Positions 10,766-20,352 of a DNA stretch of 64,000 nt are shown here, in pieces (the first letter of the stretch is position 1; every line of letters begins with the position of its first letter). The notes under the pieces are model-generated. The model was not told where the DNA came from. It did no database searches and saw nothing but the letters and a program-made list of their open reading frames with translations. The stretch is from Pseudomonadota bacterium (lineage in GTDB: Bacteria; Pseudomonadota; Gammaproteobacteria; HK1), in the NCBI GenBank assembly GCA_039030335.1, contig JBCCEJ010000004.1, positions 9,771-73,770 of the forward strand. Reading direction: 5' to 3'. Made by a program: the position numbers and the translations under genes.

Positions 10766-10825
10766 GGCCCTGATGCGGGCAAACTGCCTTTGAATTCTAG
10801 AACCTGGCAACGCTGAGGCGACACC

Positions 10826-12370
10826 GTGGCGGACAAGCGATCACCCAACAGACGCGGCGTGCGAACTGACGAGCGCACTCGGGTGCCAACCAAAAAGACC
10901 TCTGTCGAGCAGGCCTCTACCAAGAAGACCTCTACCAAGAAGACCTCTACCAAAACGGCCGCAGTCAAGAAGGCACCGTCGAAGCAAATGCGGCGCGCGA
11001 AGTCATCCCGTTCGCAGTCTTCTGGTGGCAAGGTCGCGTCACGGCAGGCCGCGAAGAAGCCGATGATGCACCTGGCGCAGTTTCTGGTGCACGGGCCGAG
11101 CTACCACAGCCTCGGCATGTGGCGGCATCCCGAAACTCTGGCGTCGCGGGATGCGTGGGCACGTCCGGAACTCTACCAGCACATCGCGCGGGTCTGTGAG
11201 CGCGGGCTGTTCGACATGGTGTTCTTCGCCGACCTCAACTACATCGCTGATTCCTATACCGGCACGCTCGGCCCCGCGCTGCGTTACGCGGCTCAGGCAC
11301 CGGAGCACGATCCGATCCCATTGCTGTCGTGGATGGCTGCGGTTACCGAGCGCATCGGACTCGGCGCGACGTTCTCGACCAGCAATCAGCACCCGTTTTA
11401 CGCGGCGCGCCTGTGGGCTACGTTGGACCACCTTACGCGCGGACGCGCGGCATGGAACGTGGTTACGTCGATCAATCGCAATCAGCAGGCCAACTACGGT
11501 ACGCGCCGCGCCGCGACGGACACGCGCTATGAGCAGGCACATGAGTACATGGAGGTCTGCCGCAAACTCTGGAACAGCTGGGACGAAGATGCAGTCGTCA
11601 TGGATCGCGACGACGCGATGTTCGTCGATCCGGACAAGGTCCGGCGCATCGACCACAAAGGGCGCTTCTTCAAATCGCGTGGTCCGCTGAACGTAGTACG
11701 TTCGCCGCAGAACGGTCCGGCGATTCTGCAGGCGGGAACATCATCCAAGGGCAAGGATTTCGCCGCCCGCTACGCAGACGGTATCTTCGCGATTCAGCCG
11801 CGGGCCAGAGACGCCGGCGCGCTGCTGCGCGATATCAAGGATCGGATGGCCACTTACGGTCGCGGCCCTGACGAGTGCCGCATTCTGTTCGGTGCGCAGC
11901 CGATCATCGGCGAGTCCGAAGCGCATGCGCGTGAAAAACAGGACGAGCACAACGAACTCGTGCCGTTGGAAGCGGGTCTTTCGATCCTGTCAGCGCATCT
12001 CGACTTCAATCTTGCCAAGGTGCCGCTCGATGCAAAGATGACCGAGCGCGAGGAGCCGCAGCTCAAACGCATGCACACGCGCTTCCTGAAACCGGATGGC
12101 AGTTCGATGACGCTCGCCGAGGTGGCGCAGAAACATGGCCAGAGCGTCGGGCTGCCGCAGATCGTCGGCACCGCCAAGAGTGTGACCGATCAGCTCGAGG
12201 CCTTCTTCGACGAAGCCGGCGGCGATGGCTTCATGATCTCGCCGATATACTCCCCTGGCGCCATCGAGGAGTTCGTCGACCTCATCGTCCCTGAATTACA
12301 AAAGCGCGGCCGTTTCCGCAAGCAGTACAAGGGAGTGACGCAGCGCGAAATCCTCCGCCAAAACGACTGA
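10826..12370 (+). CDS. LLM-class flavin-dependent monooxygenase (NtaA/SnaA/DszA family) with an unusual ~80-aa Lys/Ser/Thr-rich N-terminal extension
   Basis: GTG start per the ORF track. The catalytic domain starts around MMHLAQFLVHGPSYH (alternative ATG at 11063). The N-terminal extension contains TKKTS repeats. Confidence 0.75.
   Translation: MADKRSPNRRGVRTDERTRVPTKKTSVEQASTKKTSTKKTSTKTAAVKKAPSKQMRRAKSSRSQSSGGKVASRQAAKKPMMHLAQFLVHGPSYHSLGMWRHPETLASRDAWARPELYQHIARVCERGLFDMVFFADLNYIADSYTGTLGPALRYAAQAPEHDPIPLLSWMAAVTERIGLGATFSTSNQHPFYAARLWATLDHLTRGRAAWNVVTSINRNQQANYGTRRAATDTRYEQAHEYMEVCRKLWNSWDEDAVVMDRDDAMFVDPDKVRRIDHKGRFFKSRGPLNVVRSPQNGPAILQAGTSSKGKDFAARYADGIFAIQPRARDAGALLRDIKDRMATYGRGPDECRILFGAQPIIGESEAHAREKQDEHNELVPLEAGLSILSAHLDFNLAKVPLDAKMTEREEPQLKRMHTRFLKPDGSSMTLAEVAQKHGQSVGLPQIVGTAKSVTDQLEAFFDEAGGDGFMISPIYSPGAIEEFVDLIVPELQKRGRFRKQYKGVTQREILRQND
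10889..10957 (+). repeat. imperfect 15-bp tandem repeat (accaa[g/a]aagacctct, about 3 copies) encoding TKKTS repeats
   Basis: Direct reading: accaaaaagacctct / accaagaagacctct / accaagaagacctct / accaaaacg. Confidence 0.5.
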
Positions 12371-12400
12371 GCCCTGAGTACTGACGCAATCGCTCGCGAT

Positions 12401-13399
12401 TCAGCTCGCGATCGATCGGACCGGGCGCGCGTCATCCAGGCTTCCCAGTTCCGCCGCCAGGTACTCCGCCAGTGCGAGGTGACCGCGCTTGTCTACCCGC
12501 GATTCGGCCGCTGAGTTGTAATTCGTGTTCGTATTGATGTCGTAGGTATAGGCGTGACCGTTGGTATCGACGATGAACTCGATCCCGGCGACGCTCGTAT
12601 CATGCGCTTTTAACAGCGCCTTGTATCGCTCGGTCAGCGGGCTTGCGAAATTGTCCAGAATGGTGAACTTATCGGCCGGCACGTCATCCACGGTGCAAAC
12701 CGTAGAACCGGCATCGCAGACGTCGGCGGGGCAAAGCTCAAATCCGTCGGATGTATTGACCCGCACGGCATAGAGCAATTCTCCGCCAATGAACTCACAA
12801 CGCGTGATAAAAGGCTCGGGCGGTTCCACGTAGCGTTGTACGAGTACGAGCCCGTCAACCGGTTCCATCGATTCCTGGTTGTGCCGTTCCGACCAGGCGC
12901 TCTCGAGAGCCGCGACGTTTTCGTATCGATGCACGCCGAGGCCTTTGCCGCCGCGGTTGTGTTTGACGATAAATGGTCTTTGCCGTGTCCCGCTGATGTC
13001 GTTGGCCGCCTGCAGGATTGCCGCGCGACCTCGAGCGACCAGCGTCTCGGGCGTCCGGATGCCAACAGCCTGCATCGCCAGATGTTGTGCCGCCTTGCTG
13101 AGTTCGAGTTGCAGCGTGCGGCTGCCGTTCAAGACCCGGACTGTTCCGAGTGGGCTGCCGGCTTCCAGCCAACGCAGCACCTGGGCCGTGAACTCCGGGG
13201 CATGGCCGTGTCCGCGCGTATGGGCCGAGGCGCTCATCCGGTTGAAGTAGACCCCGGGCTCAGGCGGTTGCTCCAGCGCCAGCACCCCCGCCGACATGTC
13301 CCACACCCGATAAGGAGCACCAACCTCCTGAAGCGCGCGTTCGAGCGGCTCAGTCCACTCGGGGTTTTCCTGCAGGATATGAATCTGATGTGCTGACAT
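12401..13399 (-). CDS. ATP-grasp domain protein (RimK/glutathione-synthetase-like ligase)
   Basis: ATP-grasp motifs FIVKHNRGGKGLGV and GIEFIVDTNGHAYTYDINTNTNYN. Confidence 0.7.
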   Translation of the reverse strand: MSAHQIHILQENPEWTEPLERALQEVGAPYRVWDMSAGVLALEQPPEPGVYFNRMSASAHTRGHGHAPEFTAQVLRWLEAGSPLGTVRVLNGSRTLQLELSKAAQHLAMQAVGIRTPETLVARGRAAILQAANDISGTRQRPFIVKHNRGGKGLGVHRYENVAALESAWSERHNQESMEPVDGLVLVQRYVEPPEPFITRCEFIGGELLYAVRVNTSDGFELCPADVCDAGSTVCTVDDVPADKFTILDNFASPLTERYKALLKAHDTSVAGIEFIVDTNGHAYTYDINTNTNYNSAAESRVDKRGHLALAEYLAAELGSLDDARPVRSIAS

Positions 13400-13671
13400 C
13401 GCGCGGCGCCCTATCTGCTCTGCGGTTCATGACGGCGTAATGGGGGAGCCGCGCGCGGCCCGCAATACGTGCGGGAAGATACTTGTATCCGCGCCGCGCC
13501 TGCGGACCGATGTTCCGTCTGCGCGGTGTTCTGCGGAACTTGAGCGGGGTCGTCCGGTCCGGCTAGTTGGCAGGGCGCGTACTCGTGTGCGTGTATCATG
13601 ACGCAGCGCCAGCAGGCGCGAATGCCGGGCTCGTTCAGTCCGGCGCGCATACCCAGGAAGACCAAGTATCG

Positions 13672-14286
13672 ATGAGCGCGAATGAGTCCCGCGCACGGGG
13701 GCGCGGTGCCGGGTGGCAGTCCCGCTTGCGGCAGATCTATTTACGCCGGCTGATCGTGCCGCTCTTCCGCGGCAAACACGCGGCTGAATACACCGCGCGC
13801 GGCGCGATGTTCGGCCTGGCCATCGCGTTCACACCGTTGGTCGGCGTTCAGATGCCGATCGTGCTGGCGGTCTGGGTCGTCGTGCGTGCGATGGCGCCGC
13901 GCTACGACTTCTCTCTGGTGGTGGGGCTCGCCTACACGTGGGTCAGCAACGTCTTCACCGTGCCTCCAATCTATTACACCTTTCTGGTCACGGGTCAGCT
14001 GATGCTCGGACGCTTCGATGAGGTGGGTAGTCTCAGCGCGTTTGTGACGGCACTCGACTCCGCTGCCGGCGAAGCCGACTCCTGGCTGGCGTCACTATGG
14101 GCCGGGACGGTCGCGCTGTTCGAGGCGTTCGGTGTACCGATGTTCGTTGGCTGCGTACCATGGATGTTCGTGATGGGATGGGTTGGCTACAAGTTCAGTC
14201 TCGCTGTCATCACGAAAGTGCGCGCGCGCCGGGCAGCGCGCGAGCGCCGTCGACGTGGCCTCGACTCAGCGCCTCAACAAAGCTGA
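13672..14286 (+). CDS. DUF2062-family membrane protein
   Basis: Three predicted transmembrane segments, with an Arg-rich tail. I chose ATG 13672 with an AGGAAG SD 12 nt upstream. The ORF track starts at 13567. Confidence 0.5.
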   Translation: MSANESRARGRGAGWQSRLRQIYLRRLIVPLFRGKHAAEYTARGAMFGLAIAFTPLVGVQMPIVLAVWVVVRAMAPRYDFSLVVGLAYTWVSNVFTVPPIYYTFLVTGQLMLGRFDEVGSLSAFVTALDSAAGEADSWLASLWAGTVALFEAFGVPMFVGCVPWMFVMGWVGYKFSLAVITKVRARRAARERRRRGLDSAPQQS

Positions 14287-14939
14287 TAGACCCAGTAGTG
14301 TGCATCCCCGTCGTTGGTGTATTCAGCATCCCGGACGCAGTGCACCAGACGCGCCCTGCCTGTCGACTCGAGCTGGTCTGACACCTGCTGGTAGTGCGTG
14401 GTGTCGTAGTACGACGTTCGCGTGCTGGTGGCGAAGAAGCCGCCGGGGCGCACCATGTTGGCCAGTTCCAGAAGCGCCTCAGGCTTGACGTGCCCGAGCG
14501 TGAATACGCCGCAGCAAACAGCTACATCATATTGACCGGTCCACTCGGCACCCATCGGCCGGTTCAGGTCGAAGTGGCTCCATAGCGAGCGGTAGATGTC
14601 GAGCTTGCGGGCGACGTCAATCATATTGTCGGACAGGTCCATCCCGTCCAGGGTCGTGGCTCCGGCTTCGACCATCAACGCACCGACCTGCCCGGTGCCG
14701 CAGCCGACATCGGCGATCACGAAGTCTGCCAACGGCATCTCGATATCCACGTCGGCAGCCTGCACCAGGGCTTCGCTCAATACCTTCAACATCAGTGAGG
14801 GCCCGACGTAGTCGCCCTGCAGGTCGAGATCGTAGGTCGCCGCCCAATCCGCGTAGTGCGCCTGAATGCTGGCCGTCTCACCATCCAGGTTCAGTGCATC
14901 GTGGATCTGTTCCTGCGGGGCTGGTCTGTCGGAATGCAT
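14274..14939 (-). CDS. class I SAM-dependent methyltransferase
   Basis: Motif I VADVGCGTGQVG. ATG 14939 is preferred because a GGAGAG SD lies 8 nt upstream. The ORF track gives 15017. Confidence 0.7.
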   Translation of the reverse strand: MHSDRPAPQEQIHDALNLDGETASIQAHYADWAATYDLDLQGDYVGPSLMLKVLSEALVQAADVDIEMPLADFVIADVGCGTGQVGALMVEAGATTLDGMDLSDNMIDVARKLDIYRSLWSHFDLNRPMGAEWTGQYDVAVCCGVFTLGHVKPEALLELANMVRPGGFFATSTRTSYYDTTHYQQVSDQLESTGRARLVHCVRDAEYTNDGDAHYWVYQLC

Positions 14940-15047
14940 GGCGGCTCTCTCCAGCTTGAGCTTGACATTAGGATGTCGCATAGCGAACTCGCGTGCCAGA
15001 TCTCTGATGTCTGGCACATCGCGCGCCTGCTGGAGCGGAAAACGCAG

Positions 15048-16004
15048 TCAGTCAAGTGCGTCTGCGATGGCCAAGGCTGCTGCTCGCAGGGCGTCAAGCG
15101 CTTCTGGGATCAACGCATCAAGGGTCAGAAAGCCATGGATTTGCCCGTCGAAGCACCGGTAGGTCGAGACGTTGCCGGCTGCCAGCAGGGCTTCGTGATA
15201 GGCGTGCCCTTCGTCTCGAAGCGGATCGAAACCGGCGGTGAGTACCAATGCTGCAGGCAGGTCGGCAAGCGACTGAGCGCAGGCCGGCGATGCGCGCCAG
15301 TCGTCCCGATCGGCGTCGCCGCGCAGGTAGTGTGACTGAAACCACGCGATGGACTCCGGTGTCAGCAGGTGCTGCGTGAAGAGCTGGTGCGAAGGGGCGG
15401 TGCAGTGCATGTCGGTGGCCGGGTAGAGCAGTGCCTGAAATGCGATCTCGGGGCCGCCCTGGTCGCGGGCCATCAACGCGACGACGGCGGCGAGGTTGCC
15501 GCCGGCGCTGTCGCCGCTGACGATCAGCCGGGCGGGGTCGACGTCCAGCGCAACAGCATTGGCCGCCACCCAGGCGAGCGCGGCATAAGCGTCTTCCACG
15601 CCGGCCGGGAACGGGGCTTCGGGTGCGAGACGGTAGTCGACCGAGACGACGACCGCGCCGGACATCGATGCGAGGTGCCGGCAAAGTCCGTCGTGGGTGT
15701 CCAGGCTGCCAATCACCCACCCGCCACCGTGGTAATAGACGATGACGGGACGTGTGCCTTCCGCGGGCCTGTATAGCCGAAGCGCCAACTCCCCGCCGGG
15801 GCCCGGGATATTGCGGTCGACAACCGCCATCTCCGGACCATCGCTGCCAAACAATTCCTTCGACTTGAGATTCATCTCCCGCGCGAGTGCGGGTGACGCC
15901 TCGTGCAAGGCCGGCGTGCCGTTTTCCTGTGCCTTTCGCAGTATGTCGAGCATGCGGGCGGCACCGGCGTCGAGCGCCGCGTTGTCGGTTGGGGTGTCAG
16001 TCAT
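15048..16004 (-). CDS. alpha/beta-hydrolase-fold esterase/lipase (hormone-sensitive lipase family)
   Basis: HGGGW oxyanion motif and GDSAGG nucleophile elbow. Confidence 0.85.
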   Translation of the reverse strand: MTDTPTDNAALDAGAARMLDILRKAQENGTPALHEASPALAREMNLKSKELFGSDGPEMAVVDRNIPGPGGELALRLYRPAEGTRPVIVYYHGGGWVIGSLDTHDGLCRHLASMSGAVVVSVDYRLAPEAPFPAGVEDAYAALAWVAANAVALDVDPARLIVSGDSAGGNLAAVVALMARDQGGPEIAFQALLYPATDMHCTAPSHQLFTQHLLTPESIAWFQSHYLRGDADRDDWRASPACAQSLADLPAALVLTAGFDPLRDEGHAYHEALLAAGNVSTYRCFDGQIHGFLTLDALIPEALDALRAAALAIADALD

Positions 16005-16051
16005 CGTCGGGCTCTGTCTCTGAAGCGAATCGGGCTCGGGTCGAACGCGGC

Positions 16052-17521
16052 TCAGGCCGCGTCCAGCAGCGCGTTCACGCGGTCGATCATCTCATCGGTG
16101 TTGTACAGGTCGTAGTAGATCGATGCCATGACCGGCTGCGGGCCAAAGAAGAACCGCTCGTAGAGTGCCTGGCGATTGCCGAATCCGGAGACCGCGACGT
16201 CATGCGCGAGGCGGAACAGCCCGACGCGATCACGGCTTTCGAGATTGACGGTCTGGAAATACTGTCCCACATCGTTGGCAAGCGCATTGTCGAAGTCGGC
16301 CTCGCACGGCGTCGCCATCAGTGAGCTCGAGCCGATTAGCTGAATGGCTTCGACCATGCGTGGGTACATCTTCGGAAACAGGTTCCGGGAGGTGTCGATA
16401 GGCCGGCGCAACGGTACGAAGGTACCGCGCTGGTCGGCGTGTGCCTGTTCCTCCGCGCTGAATTTGAGCGCACGCACGGTTTCGGCCATGAACATGATCT
16501 CGGCGATCTGACCTTTGACGCCCATGTCCTTGTCCTTGCCGGTCGCCTTCGCCATCGCACAGAGCAGACCCACGATGAATTCCGCCTTGGCGAGTTTGCC
16601 GCACACCACCTGATGCATCATGTGGACGACGGCGTTGGTCTCGGCGAAGGCACGGTTGCACATCAGCGGATCGCGGTACATGAATACCCGCTCCCAGGGC
16701 ACGAGCACATTATCGAAGATGACGACGGCGTCCATCTCCTCGAAGCGCGAGGCGAGCGGCGCATCGAAATTCGATTTGTTGTGGTCGTAGCTGTCGCGGC
16801 AGATCAGGCGGAGTCCAGGGGTCGAGAGCGGCATCGCGAACGCGAAGGCAAACGGCAGATTCTCGTCCGATCCTTTCAGTAGCGTCGATGGGAAGACTTC
16901 GATCTCATCGGCGTGCGGCCCTAGTGTCGCGAGCAGTCGCGCGCCATTCACGACGATGCCGGCGTCGGTTTCCTTGACGATCTGAAGCGCCACCTTGTCG
17001 CTGTATTTGCCTTCTTTCGCCTGGGCGTGGTTGAACGTGGGATTGACCAGCGTGTGCGTGAGCACTTTGTCATGACTGCGCACGTGCGCATAAAAATTGC
17101 GCATGTTGTCCGCGAACTCGGGGCGGCCTTCAGCCAGGAAATCGGCGGCTGCGTGGAACGCCATGATCGACGCGTTCTTGTAATCCGGTGTGCGTCCGAA
17201 CATGCCGTGCGACCATTTCGCCCATTCATAAAACGCTGCGCCACGCGCTTTGATGTCGTCTTTGTCGTTCGGTACCTTGAACGACATACCGAAGCGCTTG
17301 CCCTCTTCTTCGTAGGTCAGCGTCTTTTTGAGGTCCGGCTCGAACTGCTTGTCGAGGAAGCCGGCGAGCGTACGTGCGCCACGCCCGAGCCCTGGATGTG
17401 CGGTCACGTCGCTGACGCGCTCACCCTGCATCCAGACCTCACGACCGTCCTGCAAACCTTCCAGATACTGTGCGCCGGTCCGAATGCCGTCGCCGATACT
17501 GCTCAATGCGTGGTTACTCAT
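16052..17521 (-). CDS. 4-hydroxyphenylacetate 3-monooxygenase oxygenase-component (HpaB) family flavin monooxygenase
   Basis: Conservation along the full length is HpaB-like. ATG 17521 is preceded by a GGAGAGAAG SD. The ORF track gives 17554. Confidence 0.8.
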   Translation of the reverse strand: MSNHALSSIGDGIRTGAQYLEGLQDGREVWMQGERVSDVTAHPGLGRGARTLAGFLDKQFEPDLKKTLTYEEEGKRFGMSFKVPNDKDDIKARGAAFYEWAKWSHGMFGRTPDYKNASIMAFHAAADFLAEGRPEFADNMRNFYAHVRSHDKVLTHTLVNPTFNHAQAKEGKYSDKVALQIVKETDAGIVVNGARLLATLGPHADEIEVFPSTLLKGSDENLPFAFAFAMPLSTPGLRLICRDSYDHNKSNFDAPLASRFEEMDAVVIFDNVLVPWERVFMYRDPLMCNRAFAETNAVVHMMHQVVCGKLAKAEFIVGLLCAMAKATGKDKDMGVKGQIAEIMFMAETVRALKFSAEEQAHADQRGTFVPLRRPIDTSRNLFPKMYPRMVEAIQLIGSSSLMATPCEADFDNALANDVGQYFQTVNLESRDRVGLFRLAHDVAVSGFGNRQALYERFFFGPQPVMASIYYDLYNTDEMIDRVNALLDAA

Positions 17522-17550
17522 GCGCTTCTCTCCAGCGGCAAGGCCTTGAG

Positions 17551-18000
17551 TCAAGCCGCGTCCGGTTGTTGTTCGGAGTTACCGGCCTCCCGGTTGAAAG
17601 CCTTCAACGCGGTCAGCAGTTGGGTCCAGAGCGCCGGGTCCACCGACGCTTCGAGTTCCGCGTAGACCTGGTCGACCAATGGCCTGACCTGAGCCTCCAG
17701 GGCGCTGCCCCGAGGGGTCGCCTGGATCCATACGACGCGCCGGTCGGTTGCCGAGCGCTGTCGCTCGACCAGGCCGTCGCGGCTCAGGCGATCGACGACG
17801 CCGACGAGGCTCGGCGCTGGAATGAGCGTGACGCCCGCGAGTTCCGAGAGCGCGACGTGCTCGCGCTCCCACAGCGTGCGCAACACGCGCCACTGCGGCT
17901 CGGTGAGACCAAATTGCTTGAAGATGGCGCGAAAACGCGGCAACACCCGGTCGAGGGTCTGATAGAGCAGCATCGGCAGCGACTGTTCGAACGCCAACAT
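17551..18000 (-). CDS. MarR-family transcriptional regulator (HpaR-like)
   Basis: Winged-helix segment LTEPQWRVLRTLWEREHVALSELAGVTLIPAPSLVGVVDRLSRDGLVERQRSATDRR. It sits directly upstream of the hpaB-like gene. Confidence 0.85.
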   Translation of the reverse strand: MLAFEQSLPMLLYQTLDRVLPRFRAIFKQFGLTEPQWRVLRTLWEREHVALSELAGVTLIPAPSLVGVVDRLSRDGLVERQRSATDRRVVWIQATPRGSALEAQVRPLVDQVYAELEASVDPALWTQLLTALKAFNREAGNSEQQPDAA

Positions 18001-18013
18001 GCAAATGAATTAA

Positions 18014-18040
18014 TTAACATGTGAATGATTTCGATGTTAA
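18014..18040. promoter_or_regulatory. candidate MarR operator: perfect inverted repeat TTAACAT-N13-ATGTTAA in an AT-rich promoter upstream of the marR-hpaB-like genes
   Basis: ttaacatgtgaatgatttcgatgttaa lies in the 75-bp gap between the protease stop and the marR start. The local AT-richness contrasts with the genome. Confidence 0.35.
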
Positions 18041-18075
18041 TGAATGCACCAGCCATGTCAAGCGAATGATTGTCT

Positions 18076-18621
18076 TCAGCGAGTCCGCAAGGTCAGAGTC
18101 CGGTCGCTTTGCTGGATATCGAGATGTTTTAAGAAGGACATGCCGAGCAGCACCTCCTCGCCCTGAAAGCCGGGCGCGATGATCCCCTCGACGTTGCTCA
18201 ACTCGATATTGCCGAGCCGCACCGTTTCGAGTGTGGTGAGGTAGCCGGTCGAGACGCCGTTGGCAGTTTGCAACTGGATCGGCCGGCCGGGCGCAGCGTT
18301 GAAACGCTCGGCTACGGCACCCGGGATAGCGATGCTGGTGGCGCCGGTATCGACCAGAAAAACCGCGCCCACGCCATTGATGGCGCCAGATGCCACGTAG
18401 TGACCGCGGCGGTTGGCGATCAGTTCGACCTCCGCCGTACCACCATCCAGGGCCCGCCCCGCGACACTGGTGTTCGGGTTGTACTGGCGGTCGTACCAGC
18501 CGTCGAACAGAAACGCGAGCAGCCCGATCGCAAACACCCAACCGAGCACGATGAAAGTGGCGCCGAGGCCGCGCGTTTGCGGATCGCGGCGCGGATGGCG
18601 GAACGGGTCTTCGGGTGACAC
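18076..18621 (-). CDS. retropepsin-like (clan AA, TIGR02281-type) membrane-anchored aspartic protease
   Basis: VDTGAT catalytic motif with an N-terminal transmembrane segment. The start is uncertain: the ORF-track start at 18690 is TTG and abuts the divergent acyl-CoA synthetase start. GTG 18621 or GTG 18549 are alternatives. Confidence 0.55.
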   Translation of the reverse strand: MSPEDPFRHPRRDPQTRGLGATFIVLGWVFAIGLLAFLFDGWYDRQYNPNTSVAGRALDGGTAEVELIANRRGHYVASGAINGVGAVFLVDTGATSIAIPGAVAERFNAAPGRPIQLQTANGVSTGYLTTLETVRLGNIELSNVEGIIAPGFQGEEVLLGMSFLKHLDIQQSDRTLTLRTR

Positions 18622-18691
18622 CAACGTTTGCGTCCTGACGGCCAGAGGCCGGATGATAGAAATCTGGTGGTGAGACAGTGGGGACTTCAAG

Positions 18692-20242
18692 GTGTATGCA
18701 GGCAGGTTCGCTCACGAACACGGTCAACGTGCGGCCTTCATCATGGCCGAGACTGGTGAAACGGTTACCTACGCCGAATTCGAGGCGCGCACGAACCGTC
18801 TGGCACACCTGTTTCGCCGCCGCGGCCTGCAACGCCTCGCGCATTACTCCGTGTTCATGGAGAACAACAACCGCTATCTCGAATCCTGCGGGGCTGGCGA
18901 TCGCGCGGGGCTCTACTACACCTGTGTCAATTCGTACCTCAAAACGGACGAACTCGCCTACATCCTGAACAACAGTGAATCGCGGATTCTCATCACCTCC
19001 CAATCGCGCCGGGCCGTTGCCGAAGCCGCCCTCGAGCAGTGCCCGCGGGTCGAGCTTTGCCTGGTCGTAGATGGTCCTGGTGACGGTGAGCGAATCGAGA
19101 ATCTCGCCGATGCACTCCGTGGCTTGCCCGATACGCCTATCGACGATGAAAGCCGCGGCATCGCGATGCTGTACTCGTCCGGCACCACCGGGCGCCCCAA
19201 AGGCATCCTCCGCCCGCTGCCGGAGATTCCCCCCGCCGAGCATCTGCCACTGTTGCAGTTCCTGGTGAATCTCTGGCAGTACCGCGAGGAGATGGTCTAT
19301 CTGTCGCCCGCGCCGCTCTATCATTCAGCGCCGCAAACGGCAGTGTCACTGACTATCGACGTCGGCGGCACCGTCATCATCATGGAGCGCTTCGATCCGG
19401 AGCGTTATCTGCAGCTGCTCGAACACTATCGCGTTACGCACAGCCAGCTCGTGCCGACGATGTTCTCGCGCATGCTCAAGCTGCCCGACGAAGTGCGCAC
19501 CCGGTTTGACATCTCGACCCTCGAGATCGCAATTCACGCGGCCGCGCCGTGTCCGGTGAAAGTCAAAGAGCAGATGATCGAATGGTGGGGGCCGATCATC
19601 CAGGAGTATTACGGCGCCACCGAAGGGCTTGGCTTCACGGTCTGCGACACCGAAGAGTGGCTGGCGCATCGCGGAACCGTCGGCAAGGTCGTCCTCGGCG
19701 ATCTGCATATCCTGGATGAGAACATGCAGCCGGTGCCCGACGGCACGGCGGGTGAGATCTGGTTCAAGACAGCCACGGAGTTCGAGTACTTCAACGACCC
19801 GGAAAAGACCGCCGAGACGCGTTCGCCGGATGGCACGATGAGCACGGTCGGTGATATCGGCTACGTCGATGACGATGGTTTTCTGTACCTGACCGATCGC
19901 GCGACATTCATGATCATTTCCGGTGGCGTAAACATCTATCCGCAGGAGTGCGAAGACCTGCTTATTACACATCCACTGGTGGCTGACGCGGCGGTTTTCG
20001 GCGTACCGAATGAAGATCTGGGTGAGGAGGTCAAAGCGGTTGTCCAGCTAATGCCAGACGTGCCGGAGTCGGATGCCACCGCGAACACGCTGGCCGAGTA
20101 CTGCGCGGCGCACCTCGCACGAGCCAAGTGCCCGCGCTCCATCGATTTCACCGCTGAACTGCCGCGCCTGCCGACCGGCAAGCTGTACAAGCGCCTGCTA
20201 CGCGACCAGTACTGGCAGGGCCACGAGGGCCGCATTCTCTAG
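18692..20242 (+). CDS. acyl-CoA synthetase (AMP-forming; fatty-acid--CoA ligase family)
   Basis: YSSGTTGRPKG AMP-binding motif. GTG start with AAGG adjacent. Confidence 0.85.
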   Translation: MYAGRFAHEHGQRAAFIMAETGETVTYAEFEARTNRLAHLFRRRGLQRLAHYSVFMENNNRYLESCGAGDRAGLYYTCVNSYLKTDELAYILNNSESRILITSQSRRAVAEAALEQCPRVELCLVVDGPGDGERIENLADALRGLPDTPIDDESRGIAMLYSSGTTGRPKGILRPLPEIPPAEHLPLLQFLVNLWQYREEMVYLSPAPLYHSAPQTAVSLTIDVGGTVIIMERFDPERYLQLLEHYRVTHSQLVPTMFSRMLKLPDEVRTRFDISTLEIAIHAAAPCPVKVKEQMIEWWGPIIQEYYGATEGLGFTVCDTEEWLAHRGTVGKVVLGDLHILDENMQPVPDGTAGEIWFKTATEFEYFNDPEKTAETRSPDGTMSTVGDIGYVDDDGFLYLTDRATFMIISGGVNIYPQECEDLLITHPLVADAAVFGVPNEDLGEEVKAVVQLMPDVPESDATANTLAEYCAAHLARAKCPRSIDFTAELPRLPTGKLYKRLLRDQYWQGHEGRIL

Positions 20243-20352
20243 TACGCGAAGCCCTGCACGGTAACCCTCGGGGCCCGGACAGAACTTGCGCGGCGCCACG
20301 GCTTCCGGTCGCACGACCGAAAGCAAACCAGTCGAACACAGGAGTAATAACG

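Noticed and set aside
10600-11031. 143-aa minus-strand ORF in the amidase/monooxygenase intergenic region
   Set aside because: Low-complexity. It overlaps the Lys-rich extension on the opposite strand and has no SD.
18014-19324. 436-aa minus-strand ORF overlapping the acyl-CoA synthetase and protease genes
   Set aside because: It lies antisense to two well-supported genes. The translation is Arg/Pro/Gly-rich and low-complexity, typical of GC-rich antisense frames. No domain signal.
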